From Octopus vulgaris (taxonomy: Eukaryota), in the NCBI GenBank assembly GCA_951406725.2, contig OX597835.1:34844001-34908000 (forward strand): a stretch of DNA of 64,000 bases. Direction: 5' to 3'. Each line of letters starts with the position of its first letter. The first letter of the stretch is position 1. The notes under the pieces were generated by a model. It saw only the letters and a list, made by a program, of their open reading frames with translations, was not told the DNA's origin and did not search any database. This document shows positions 12,299-24,446 of this stretch, in pieces. The position numbers were made by a program, and so were the translations under genes.

Positions 12299-13655
12299 AG
12301 TGTAATAAATAAAATATATGCATACATACATACATATATGTACGTACCTACATCTACATGAATATATACATGCATATATATAAAATATATATACGTGAGT
12401 ACAGGACACTACAAATAGACGTAGAACTCAACGAGAAACGAAAACGTAAAAACAAACGTGGAAACGGACCTAAACGAAAAAAACAGAGTACAAGACAAAC
12501 TACACAAGGGAAAATCCCCTTCATCAGCTATCCCTAGTTCAACTCCAGCGTGTTCCGAAGGTTTTCGATTCGTTTTCGTTTCGTTTCATCTCCTCCAAGT
12601 AAGTTTTGTTATATATATATATATATATATATATGCATATGTGGGCACAGGACGTCACGAACGTGTACAACAAAAAATTACGAAGTACGAGTACATAGAA
12701 TATGAAGTATTTTTTTGAACAACGAAAGACACAAATGGAAAACAAGACAAACAGCATAAATAACGACCCTTCATCAGTTATTAGCTGTTTTTCTACTCTC
12801 GTATTTCGAGCATTTAACAAAAATATACGCTTTTGATAAAACAGTTGCTCCCGCAAAGCAAATTAAATAAAATTTGGGATTTTGCTGAAGGTCAAAATTG
12901 GTTACACAAACAGGACAATAAAAACAAACAGGAAGGGATGCTAAGTCTAAACGAGATTGTGGTAGCGAACGCCTAAATCAAGCTTCGGCAGAAGACAGAC
13001 AAGAATACGTCTTCATTGTTCCAGCTACAACGGAGAGAAAGAAACACAAATTAGAAGAAAGACAGATGGTCGATGGTCACGTGGGAGCAACGTGAGCAAG
13101 GGAGGAGTGGGGGAGAGAGAGTGACAGAGTAATATGATAGAATAGAGGGAGAAGAGGAGATAAAAGAATAAGAGAGAGAGAGAGAGAGAAAGGGAGAAAA
13201 ACGAAAGAGTAAAAAAATCGTATAGAGTGCGCATCAGAATTATTAAGATAAAACTTACTTGGAAGAGGATGTGTGGCATTCAATCATATAATAATATAAA
13301 TAATATATATATATATACATACACCCTTCCCACACGCACATATATATATAAAATTTATTCGCCACTAAATGTGACTGAGGATGCCGAAGTACGTACACTG
13401 TTATAAATATGATAAAATTTTTCTTTTGGGGGATTATATTGTATTAGCTGGGTTTTTAAAAATTTTTTTTAATTATTTAAGCTAAAAATGTTTAGTATAC
13501 ACAAAATGTTTCTTCTTACAACATTAAAAGTTTTAAACTCTTGTTTCTAGCAATGTGTGCGCTTCGGCTGTAATATTTAGTGACGATCAAATTTTTCCTA
13601 TGTATACATACATATGTGTGTGTGTGTGTGTGTGTATGTGCGCGCGCGCCTGTAT

Positions 13656-13722
<67 letters not shown>

Positions 13723-13735
13723 CACGCGCCTGTAT

Positions 13736-13806
<71 letters not shown>

Positions 13807-14495
13807 CATATATATATATATACATATATAAAACTTGAGAACTACACAACCAATTTCATTCAAATTTTACACACGCCTTACTTAGGGTCCATGTAGTTTC
13901 ATGGGCAAAACAAATGTTCAACTTCTTGCCTAGAGCGAGCCCATCGCAATATCATATCTTCTCCACTATTTCAGTATTACGTGTTAAAAGTGAAACAAAA
14001 ACATTTCTCTATTTTATGTCAGATACTTTCACTTTAACAATAAAAATAATAATAACAATTGAATTATATGTAGTAAGTAATAATTAAAATCAAACTAAAT
14101 ATTATCGTAACATAACAAAAGTAAAAATATAGCAATTGGTATAAAATTGTATCAATGACTTGAACTTGAATCAGTGGTTTCACATGAATGGGAATAAATA
14201 AAAAATAAAATTAGCGTGCAGAAATGGAATAGTCCAGATGGAGGTGTGCACGGCTTTTACATTAGATTATTTGCTAATTAGCTAGCATTAAGCATTCTAC
14301 TGAGTACCGCTTCTGTTAATTGCGTTATTTTTCTGTTTGCGTTGTGAGAAAATTGCTGCTCCCATTTAAGAGAGTCGAAGTTGTGAATTTATTGTTTGTA
14401 CCAACTGCTTTGAACAGTGCCCGTTGTGAAACGGTGATTTTCGCCCTACGGGGCAGAAAATTTTGTATTATTTGAAATTTGCTACCTTTGAGGTG

Positions 14496-15743
14496 ATGGA
14501 GTTCGACTTAACGTCGAAGGACGATTTTCCCGTGATGGGAAAAGGTGAAACCATGGAAAACCCAGTAACCAAACAGTCATTCTCGGCCGCGGTGGGCGGC
14601 GCTATGATAGAGGTCGAATTCAAGATCGAACAGCTGTATGAATACAGGAATCTTGTAAAGGTGGAAGGAGGAGAGATAAGGCTGGTACCGCCGCAAGCGA
14701 AAGTGCAAGAAATCAAGGAAAGGATTGTAACTTATAAAGTGTATAGCTTTAAGGAAAAAAAGATTATGGACGCGAAAAACGAAATTGTTGAGAAGTGCCT
14801 GTCCCCGGTGTGGGACAGAATTCGTCACATCGCGAGAGGCGCACGTAGTGCTACGGTAGAGGTGCACTTCGACACGGCAGAAGTGGCGAAGGAGGTGTCG
14901 TCGTTAACCTTAAAAAGCGACGACATCATGTTGTTACCCTCGTATATGGGGAAACGAACTGCAAAGTTAGTGGTAGATGACATACCCAGAGGGTACGACA
15001 TCATGTGGGTGGCAGCGGCGGTACTACACAACATGGAGCGGGAAATTTCAATTCTGCAAATGAGAAGGAAGGAAGTGGTACGCTGGAAGGGTCAGACCTT
15101 GGAACTCCTCGTACAGGCAGAGAACAAGATCTTGGAGAGCCTGCCTGACAGAATTTTTAATGAGGACGGCACGTCCATGAGAGTGTCGGTGGAGGGACGT
15201 AGACCCAGATGCTTCAAGTGTGGAGAGAAGGGTCACGTCCGGTCCAACTGCATTAAGAAAAAAAGAACAGAAGAAACGCCTCCTCAAAGTGTACCTGTCA
15301 CTGAAGGGGAGGAAACAAGCAAGAACAACCAAATGAAGAAGACAAGTACGGAAACGAAAACGGATTCAAAAGAACCAATGGACTACACACAAGTCACACA
15401 CAAAAGAAAAAAAGAGAACACCCAGGACTCCCCTCCCCAAACAAGGAAAAAAACAACAAACACAGCAGACACACACATTAAACAAATCCCCCAACCCTAC
15501 CCCCATGGCACTGTTTTCATTGGAAAACAGTTTGCCAAACCCCTCCCCATAAAACAAGACATCAAAAAGTGCATATCGAAAAACGAAAGAATTATAGCCT
15601 TTGATGAAAAAAATGAAAAAGTTTACAAATGCAAGGGGGATAATATTAGTAACTACAGGCCCATAACTCTACTTAATGTAGAGTTAAAGATTCTGGCCAA
15701 GGTGTTAGCAAAAAGGTTGACGGTTGTCGTGAGAAACTTGTAG
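14496..15743 (+). CDS. Tx1-like ORF1 (Gag-like zinc knuckle) fused in frame to the RT N-terminus
   Basis: RPRCFKCGEKGHVRSNC, then ..KCK/GDNISNYRPITLLNVELKILAKVLAKRL (RT pre-domain) up to a TAG. Confidence 0.8.
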   Translation: MEFDLTSKDDFPVMGKGETMENPVTKQSFSAAVGGAMIEVEFKIEQLYEYRNLVKVEGGEIRLVPPQAKVQEIKERIVTYKVYSFKEKKIMDAKNEIVEKCLSPVWDRIRHIARGARSATVEVHFDTAEVAKEVSSLTLKSDDIMLLPSYMGKRTAKLVVDDIPRGYDIMWVAAAVLHNMEREISILQMRRKEVVRWKGQTLELLVQAENKILESLPDRIFNEDGTSMRVSVEGRRPRCFKCGEKGHVRSNCIKKKRTEETPPQSVPVTEGEETSKNNQMKKTSTETKTDSKEPMDYTQVTHKRKKENTQDSPPQTRKKTTNTADTHIKQIPQPYPHGTVFIGKQFAKPLPIKQDIKKCISKNERIIAFDEKNEKVYKCKGDNISNYRPITLLNVELKILAKVLAKRLTVVVRNL

Positions 15744-17503
15744 GGAGAGCACAGACATGTGCAATTCCAGGCAGGTCGATCCAGGACAATCTTCACCTTA
15801 TACGCTACACCTTAGATAGGGTGGGTAAATTAGCCGGCAAAGGTGGGGTAATGGTCCATTTAGACCAAAGTAAAGCCTTCGATAGGGTAGACCATGGGTA
15901 CCTGGCGACGGTCCTCGAAGCGACTGGGCTGGGCCCTGAATTTCGCGGGTGGATCTCCGCTATGTATAGCGGCATCAAGTCCACCGTCCAGATAAACGGT
16001 TACCTAACGGAACCGTTTTCGATCAAGTGTTCAGTGCGTCAGGGTGCCCCTTGTCACCACTTTTGTACGTATTGGCTCTTGAGCCACTGCTGCGAAAGTT
16101 GGAGAGGCTGGGGAGTAACTCGGATGAAATCGGAGGTGGGAGGACGGTGACTGCTTACGCGGATGACGTCACCCTCATCGTGTCCAAAGAGGCCCAACTA
16201 CCTTGTGTGGAGGAGGTTATCAGAGGATACGAGGCGGTGGCAGGAGCAAAGGTTAACAAGGACAAATCGGTTGGCTTGCGCCTCGGCACCTGGAGGAGCA
16301 AGCCGATATCGTCCAGTGTCGTGGGACACTGGACGGATGGCCCTGTTAAGTTGCTGGGAGTTTGGTTTGGACCAGACTCCCAAACGGAGAAGAACTGGAG
16401 CGAGGTGACGAGCAGGGTGGAGGCCATAGTACGGACCTGGTCCGGAAGGTCTCTGTCCCTGAAAGGAAGGGCGGAGGTGGTGCAGATGTTTATTGCATCT
16501 GTAATCACCTACCGCCTGACCGTTGTCCCTTGCCCCGATTCATGGCTTAACAAGTTGGAACGAATCCTTTTCCGCTTTTTGTGGAAAGGAGGAAAGCCAC
16601 TTGTGAGACGATCCGTTTGCTGCCAAGAACCGTTAAAGGGCGGGTTAGGGATGCCTTGGTTGATGATGCGCAGACATGCGTTGAGGCTAAGGCACCTCTG
16701 GCACCACCTGGAGGGTGATAAGGTGTGGAGTCCGCTGGCAGAGGGATTTTTCCCGAGACCGGCCTCCTTAGTTAATTTTAAACCCGGTTACATCAAAAGA
16801 TGGAAACTGACTCCATGGCAAAAAGAGTGCCGACAGGCACTCACGCTGATCCACAAGACGGGTAAGGCCGGCTGCGGAAATACCACCTCGGTATTTTATA
16901 GAGGGCTGGTGGAGGTAAAAAATGACGACGTCCTAGGAGGGGCTCTGGGGTTTGATGAAGACCAGCTCGCCAACCTGTTTAAAAACTTTCAGGTCGGGGT
17001 ATTTGGATAATTTCCAAAGATCCCTGGCCTGGCAGTGCTACAGGAATGCTTTACCTGTTCGCGAGAAGTTATCGCGGCACGGAGTTCAAGTGCCACCGAC
17101 GTGTCCAAGGTGCGGGTTGGACGATGAAACCGTCCAGCACGCTTTTGTTCACTGTCGGAAGTTGTCCGACTTGATAAGTTACGCAGAACACGTGTTATCG
17201 CATCTGGGACGAGTACAGCTGTCGGCTGAGTCTATGATTAAGATGATACCGCCAACTGGACTCTCGAAGGAAGGTGAGGCATGTTTTCACCGCACGGTTG
17301 CAGTGGTAAAGGAATGCATGTGGAGAACGAGAATGGAAGGAGCCGCGATAGGGTCCTTTGTCTCCGGCCCCAGCTTGCTCACCTACTTCAGATATCATCT
17401 GAAGAGCAAAATGGGGCTGGAGAAGAGGGCCTTGCCGCGGGGTGTGTATGAGAAAAGATGGAAGGAAGTGGAAAGAAAGGTGGGTGTGAGAAACCCAGCT
17501 TGA
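15632..17503 (+). pseudogene. Tx1-like ORF2 reverse transcriptase + zf-RVT, disrupted by a stop and frameshifts
   Basis: LDQSKAFDRVDH, SVRQG/CPLSPLLYVLALEPL, AYADDV, KLLGVWF, GGLGMP and CPRC..ETVQHAFVHC spread over successive ORFs in different frames. Confidence 0.9.
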
Positions 17504-17754
17504 CCATGGAGGAGAGAGAGGAAGTGGAAGCTGCAGGGCCTCATAAATTGCCGGGGTGTAAAAGCTCCAGTGAGACTACAAGTTCACCTACTGTTGTTTG
17601 CTATACTAGTTATGCAAAGGTTAATATTTTATAACGAATTGAAACATAATTTTTAATCGAATCTCTTAAATGTTTTTGTATGTATGTCCTGTATTTGTAA
17701 TTCTGTGTACCGATTTTTATAATCGTAATAAAGAAATATCTACTGAGTACCGCT

Positions 17755-18344
17755 GTTGGTTTATTTCTGATCCATAAAGGCCTATAGCTTCAACAGAGTA
17801 CTGCTTTTTGGTTTACCGTAAGGTTTGTTGTTATTATTATTTCTGTTTAACTATTGTTATCACGTTTGTTGGTTCCTCGTAAGGGAAGCGTTGTTGTGTT
17901 GCATTTGTTAAATAATTGTAAAATGTAACCCCCCCCTTTGGGAGAAGGAGCTTTGGTTATTGTTTAAAAATTGAATTGTGTCCCTGTTTGGGGAAATTGA
18001 CAATATTTTCACCGTTTACACAGAAGTATTTTTGTTAAAATGTCTTCGATAGAAGAAAGTCCCAAAATGAATTTCGCTGCAGCCGTCGGATTGTAGCCAC
18101 ACTTCTATACAAGAGGGAGGACAAGATACAATTGATCGAAATTACAAGAGACGGGCTAACAATTCCAGTCTGTTATATATTTTGAGTATTGTTATCACTA
18201 GCGATATCAAGATATAACTTTGTATTTTGTATTTTATGTGTAGATGTATATATATATAGATGTACATGTAATATGTACACATATATATATACATATATAT
18301 ATGCACTAGCACTATGACCCGGCAACGACGGGTCTTTAATGCTA

Positions 18345-18345
<1 letters not shown>
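17755..18345 (+). mobile_element. Composite: 5' UTR/ORF1 start of a second Tx1-like family joined to a Helitron-type 3' end
   Basis: MSSIEESPKMNFAAAVG (from 18040) parallels ORF1 QSFSAAVG; 18108-18345 matches 52674-52927; ends in hairpin gacccg-gcaacga-cgggtc then CTAG|T. Confidence 0.6.
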
Positions 18346-18386
<41 letters not shown>

Positions 18387-18455
18387 GTTTGTGAGTGTGT
18401 GAATGTGTGTGTGTATGTATGTATGTATGTATATGTATGTATGAATGTATGTATG

Positions 18456-18510
<55 letters not shown>

Positions 18511-18753
18511 TCGTTCTCTCGTCCAAACGGTTTTGGTGTTTCGCACTAAAATGAGTAATCTTATTGGTAATGGCGCGATAATGATTTTCGGTTTATAACT
18601 GATGGCGTGGAGGAGGGAGGAGGGAGCATTCCACTTCTTGTACGCAATTTTTCAGTAGATTCCTTATATGCAATTTTTTGTATCTTCCTTATGTAGGTTC
18701 CTTATGTGCAATTCTTTTGTACGCTCCTTACGTGCAATTTTTGTACTCTTATG

Positions 18754-18788
<35 letters not shown>

Positions 18789-20316
18789 CTGGTACGAACA
18801 TGCTATCTTTAAGGTAGCATTTTCTACATTGGCTTGATATCATTGTATCATATATTCTATAGTGTATATGCTTAAGTATACATATGCCATGCATGGGGGA
18901 AGACTACTGGCAAGACATGCAATATAAATGAAGCTTGAACATCAATAGTAGAAAAGGTAGGGCTATTGGAGGAAATGCAGTTTTGTTGAGAGGACGTTCG
19001 TTTACAAACCTCTGTTAAACGGTGTCGTAATGTAAGTGGTAATGAGATTACGAACGCTCGTAGGTGTGTCGAAATGGAAGACCTATGTTCAAGAACAATG
19101 AAAGAAAGTTTGAAGGATTCGAACTCTATCACAGAATTGAACTTTACACAGAGTAAAGTAATATATACACACAGTGAAAAATATATATAAAAAAAATTCT
19201 GAAGAAATAAAAACGCTAAAACAGAATTGAACTACACACGGTGAAAAGTAATATACACAGAGAAAGAAATATGTAAAAAAAAGATCCGGAAGAAAAAATG
19301 TCTGATAAAATTGGAACTTTACACAGAACTGAACTACACACGGTGAAAAATAGTTCTGTGTGGATGAAAAAAATGATAAGTCCGTTCGAAGGATTTATTA
19401 GTCAGGTCGCTATATGTAGTAGCGCTACCAGTAATAATGTAGACATTTTGAAAAAAAAAAAAAACTATGGTTCTGTGTGGAATTTTCTTCCGTTTCTCGG
19501 TGTACGGAAAATACTCGGCGAGAAACGGAAGAAAATTTGAAGAAAGAAATAATAATAATAATAATGATAATAATAATCGCTGTGAAAACAACATCCATCC
19601 ATGAATTTATTTATTTATTAATTTTTATATTAATTTTTAAATACATATTTTATCTGTGAATATGCGCGTGTAATCTGGGAATGCATACAATGAGCTTCTC
19701 TACCCTAGGTGTACGGAAAACACTCGGCGAGAAACGGAAGAAAATTTGAAGAAAGAAGGAAAAAACATAATAATAATAATAATAATAATGATAATAAGTC
19801 CGTGCGAAGGATTTGATAATTCAATCTGGGGCAAAAAATAATTCTCGTTAGAAGAAAAAAATGAAAAAGTATTAACGATACTTTTAAAGTGAGTTATGCC
19901 AAAAGATTTCAAACGTAAGCAGATAATATCTATTGAAATTGAAAACGAACCAATTGCTAAGAAAGTTAAAATGGACAAAGAAAATACAAGCCATTTTGTG
20001 ATTGAGAATACTAAACAAGTCTTCCTTGAAGAGACTCCAAATGAAATGCCGGTGGAAGTGACTGGTGATGAACACGTAGAAAATTCTGAAATTAGAGAAT
20101 CTGAGCCATTTGTTATAGGAAAAGATCCTTCTACTGGAAATGCTTACCATTTATTAATTATTTTGTCCGTTATAATTTTGTTGTTTTTTAAATTGTATAC
20201 ATACAATTCAGTCCCACTGCGTGGCACCTTGGGCAAGTGTCTTCTACTGTAGCCTCGGGCCGACCAAAGCCTTGTGAGTGGATTTGGTTGACGGAAACTG
20301 AAAGAAGCTCATCGTA

Positions 20317-20382
<66 letters not shown>

Positions 20383-20385
<3 letters not shown>

Positions 20386-20741
20386 CAATAATAAATCTCT
20401 GAACGAAATATAAACAGTAACTGCTCGACAACGTAAGGGGTATCAGCCATCTGAATGTGGCTAGGGACTGGGCGGGGTGGTGGGTTGTTACTGATGCTTT
20501 TAGCCCCAGGCGATCAACGTCACCAGAAGGACTGACACTATCTCAGTGTCCTTGTTTGTTTGTAAAGGGAGGTCATCCTCCCTCGAAGATCCGGGTACTA
20601 CATACGGACTAGTTTCGAGGTCAACGTATGGTAAGCACCGGTCTTCGATGAAGGATTCCCTAGCCACATTCAGATGGCTGATACCCCTTACGTTGTCGAG
20701 CAGTTACTGTTTATATCTCGTTCAGAGATTTATTATTGTTT
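20383..20741. repeat. Inverted repeat, ~85-bp arms with structured spacer
   Basis: 20383-20468 is the reverse complement of 20655-20741. Confidence 0.85.
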
Positions 20742-20859
20742 TCAGACAGTTTTTCTACATCAGTGACAGTGGTTACTGTGAAAAACGTTATATATATTGT
20801 TTGTAGAGGGAATCCTTCATCGAAGACCGATGCTAGATGTTTCGAAACATCTAGCATCG

Positions 20860-21060
20860 ATCATTGTTGAGTGGGTTGTGTGTAGAGATGTAGTGAAGGG
20901 TTTTTAATTGTTCTTTCTTTTTTGGTTTTGTTTGTCTCAGGTCTTCTATACTTAATTTAAGTGCCCTTTGGATTGCACTGTCTATTAGGGGCTGTGGGTA
21001 GTTTCTATTTGTGAGTGTGGTTCTAAGTTCCTGGAGACGTGTGTGTCGGGTAGCGTAAAG
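20860..21060 (-). mobile_element. Penelope-like element fragment (RT thumb/linker)
   Basis: RHTRLQELRTTLTNRNYPQPLIDSAIQRALKL..LHYISTHNP is typical of the PLE post-RT region. Confidence 0.7.
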
Positions 21061-21304
21061 ACTCCCTTTGGTCATGAATTACCGTGAAATTGCACATAGA
21101 AAGTTCCCCTCCAAGGCACAAGTCCGAGCAAGGTTGTTTATGCAAGGCCAGCAGTCGCCCATGCACACCACCCTCCCCTTTCCATGCCACTGATGTTATC
21201 TAATGGAAGGGCAAAGGCCGACACAGCTCGAACTTTTTGATACCACCTCTCGTATGTATGTATGTAGGTATGTATATATGTATGATGTATGTATGTATGT
21301 ATTT

Positions 21305-21470
21305 AGGTGCAGGAGTGGTTGTGTGGTAAGTAGCTTGCTAACCAACCATATGGTTCCGGGTTCAGTCCCACTGCCTGGCATCTTGGGCAAGTGTCTTCTG
21401 CTATAGCCCCGGGTCGACCAATGCTTTGTGAGTGGATTTGGTAGACGGAAACTGAAAGAAGCCTGTCGTA

Positions 21471-21529
<59 letters not shown>

Positions 21530-21747
21530 ATATGTTTGTGTGTCTGTGTTTGTCCCTCTAGCATTGCTTGACAACCGATGCTGGTGTGTTTACGTCCCCG
21601 TCACTTAGCGGTTCGGCAAAAGAGACCGATAGAATAAGTACTGGGCTTATAAAAGAATAAGTCCCGGGGTCGAGTTGCTCGATTAAAGGCGGTGCTCCAG
21701 CATGGCCACAGTCAAATGACTGAAACAAGTAAAAGAAAGAATAAAAA

Positions 21748-21750
<3 letters not shown>
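21305..21750 (+). mobile_element. tRNA-derived SINE, family A, full length
   Basis: Head aggtgcaggagtggttgtgtggtaag..ggttcagtccc, internal (TA)n/(TG)n, tail ..ggcggtgctccagcatggcc..gaaacaagtaaaaga; about 9 copies in the window. Confidence 0.85.
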
Positions 21751-21784
<34 letters not shown>

Positions 21785-21787
<3 letters not shown>

Positions 21788-22078
21788 AATATTAGGGAAT
21801 AAATCCAAACTTACAGGGAAAAATCAGATTTAGGATTGGATCCAATTTATAGTAAAATATTATATTATATAAATTAGAGACAAAACCACTATTATGCAAA
21901 TCAAACAAAGAAAGACTTAATCCTATACATAAATTAATTTATGTATAGGATTAAGTCTTTCTTTGTTTGATTTGCATAATAGTGGTTTTGTCTCTAATTT
22001 ATATAATATAATATTTTACTATAAATTGATCCAATCCTAAATCTGATTTTTCCCTGTAAGTTTGGATTTATTCCCTAA

Positions 22079-22085
<7 letters not shown>
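21785..22085. repeat. Near-perfect ~300-bp palindrome with no spacer, inside (TA)n
   Basis: Centre ..tacataaatt|aatttatgta.. at 21935/21936; arms differ by about one indel. Confidence 0.92.
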
Positions 22086-22136
<51 letters not shown>

Positions 22137-22441
22137 CAGGGTGGCCCAAATGTAGGTTTACAGTGATCGCTTAGAAAATTTAAATTTCTTTTAAATCATC
22201 CACACCCAGGGATACGCCTAAACCAGATGTTCAGTATCCCACTCGCGAGGGATCGATGCTAGATGGGTCGAAATAATTGTACCGATCAATAACGATTCTA
22301 CTGTCTTCTATCCCTCATCACACACACACAGAAAACATTTTTGCAGTGTTAGTCGTGTGTAAGAGAGGACACCTGTCTGCTGTGGTATTATCGATTTGAT
22401 TGTTCCTTTGTGTTTGTTCTTTGTTTTTTCATATTTGTGTA

Positions 22442-22496
<55 letters not shown>

Positions 22497-22892
22497 AATT
22501 AAATTGAGGCATGTGTTCAATACAACACAGCTGGCAGCTAATTTATCTAACTACATTCTCTTTTTCTGTCGATTCATTCTCACCCTACTTCCATCGGAAA
22601 ACAGGATCGACAGCAAATACTCGCACAGAGACAATGTTTAAAAGTGATGTATACGTTGGTGAAGTTAAATGTCGCGTTAAGTCAAGAGAAAACAGGAAAT
22701 GTTGAGCATTTTCTAAAGGATATCTCAGTGATCAATAGAGTTTATTGTCACTTATCAATATATCTTGAGAATAACAATCTGACAGCCATGTAAATATGTC
22801 GCTTTATGTATGCATGTACGTATGAATGCATGTACGTACGTATGTATGTATGTACATATATGTAGTTTGTGTATATATAGATATGTATATAC

Positions 22893-22929
<37 letters not shown>

Positions 22930-22933
<4 letters not shown>

Positions 22934-23116
22934 CTCTTTTATTCTTTTACTTCTTTCAGTCATTTGACTGCGGCCATGCTGGAGCACCGCCTTTTTGTCG
23001 AGCAAAGGACTTATTCTTTGTAAGCTTAGTACTTATTCTATCGGTTTCTTTTGCCGAACCGCCAAGTAACGGTTGTCAAGCGATGTTGGGGGGACAAACA
23101 CAGACACACAAACACG

Positions 23117-23188
<72 letters not shown>

Positions 23189-23353
23189 TATACGACAGGC
23201 TTCTTTCAATTTCCCTCTACCAAATCTACTCACAAGGCTTTGGTCGGCCCGAGGCTATAGTAGAAGACACTTGCCCAAGGTGCCACGCAGTGGGACTGAA
23301 CCCGGAACAGTGTGGTTGGTAAGCAAGCTACTTACCACACAGCCACTCCTGCG

Positions 23354-23355
<2 letters not shown>
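22930..23355 (-). mobile_element. tRNA-derived SINE, family A
   Basis: Reverse complement of 21305-21750. Confidence 0.85.
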
Positions 23356-23409
<54 letters not shown>

Positions 23410-23539
23410 ATAGTAATGGTAAGACAACAAAAGAATGAAAGAGACCTCGATATTATGTAAATAGAGGAATTTATCTGTAAATGTAATATGGGACAATTAT
23501 TCGGTAGCCATGATAAAACTCCGAGATGGCAGCGTGGAT

Positions 23540-24098
23540 GTACGTATGTATGTATGTATGTATGTATGTATGTATGTATGTATGTATGTATGTATGTATG
23601 TATGTATGTATGTATGTATGCATGTATGTATGTATGTATGCATGTATGCACGCATGTAGGTATTTATGTATGTATGCATGTAGGTATGTATGTATGCATG
23701 TAGGTATTGTTGTATGTATGCATGTATGTATGCATGTATGTATGCATGTATGTATGCATGTATGTATGTATGTATGTATGTATGCATGTAGGTATGTATG
23801 TAGGTATGTATGTATGTATGCATGTATATATGTATGTATGCATGTGGGTATGTATGTATGCATGCATGTATGCATGTATGTATGTATGTATGTATGTATG
23901 TATGTATGTATGTATGCATGTAGGTATGTATGTAGGTATGTATGTATGTATGCATGTATATATGTATGTATGCATGTGGGTATGTATGTATGCATGCATG
24001 TATGCATGTATGTATGTATGTATGTATGTATGTATGTATGTATGTATGTATGTATGTATGTATGTATGTGTGTATGTATGTATGTAGCTATGTATGTA
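23540..24098. repeat. Compound (TATG)n/(CATG)/(TAGG) microsatellite with higher-order duplication
   Basis: ~550 bp of 4-mer repeats in which the variant pattern recurs about 130 bp apart. Confidence 0.95.
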
Positions 24099-24351
24099 GG
24101 AAAGGTAGGGCGGTAGGGAGGTAGGGAGTAGTTACATGTGTGTCTATGGAATTAGAAAGAGAAAATGACAAAAAACAAACCAAAAAAGACTGATAAACTG
24201 TGGAGGGTGAGTGGGGGGGGGGCATCATCTGTAGATAAACTTTTTGTTGAATTTGATTTTTACTCAGAAAAATCAGTCTTTGGTTGTTATTTTATCTATT
24301 TTTGTTTTGTTTGTAATCCCCTCTATATCTATTTACTTATTTATCTAGTTC

Positions 24352-24446
<95 letters not shown>

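Larger units (their letters stand above)
14312..17738 (+). mobile_element. Tx1/L1-clade non-LTR retrotransposon, internally deleted (no APE endonuclease), degenerate
   Basis: ORF1 with CCHC knuckle, RT motifs, C-terminal CCHC finger and aataaa near the 3' end; flanked by the 16-bp direct repeat tctactgagtaccgct (14296-14311, 17739-17754). Confidence 0.92.

Noticed and set aside
13554-13585. Faint resemblance to the U6 snRNA 5' end (gtgcgcttcggc)
   Set aside because: Match is only about 10 nt and the rest of U6 is absent
19896-20252. 118-aa acidic ORF with an NLS-like PIAKKVK
   Set aside because: In-frame stop just upstream, runs into a SINE, no recognisable homology; probably a decayed repeat fragment
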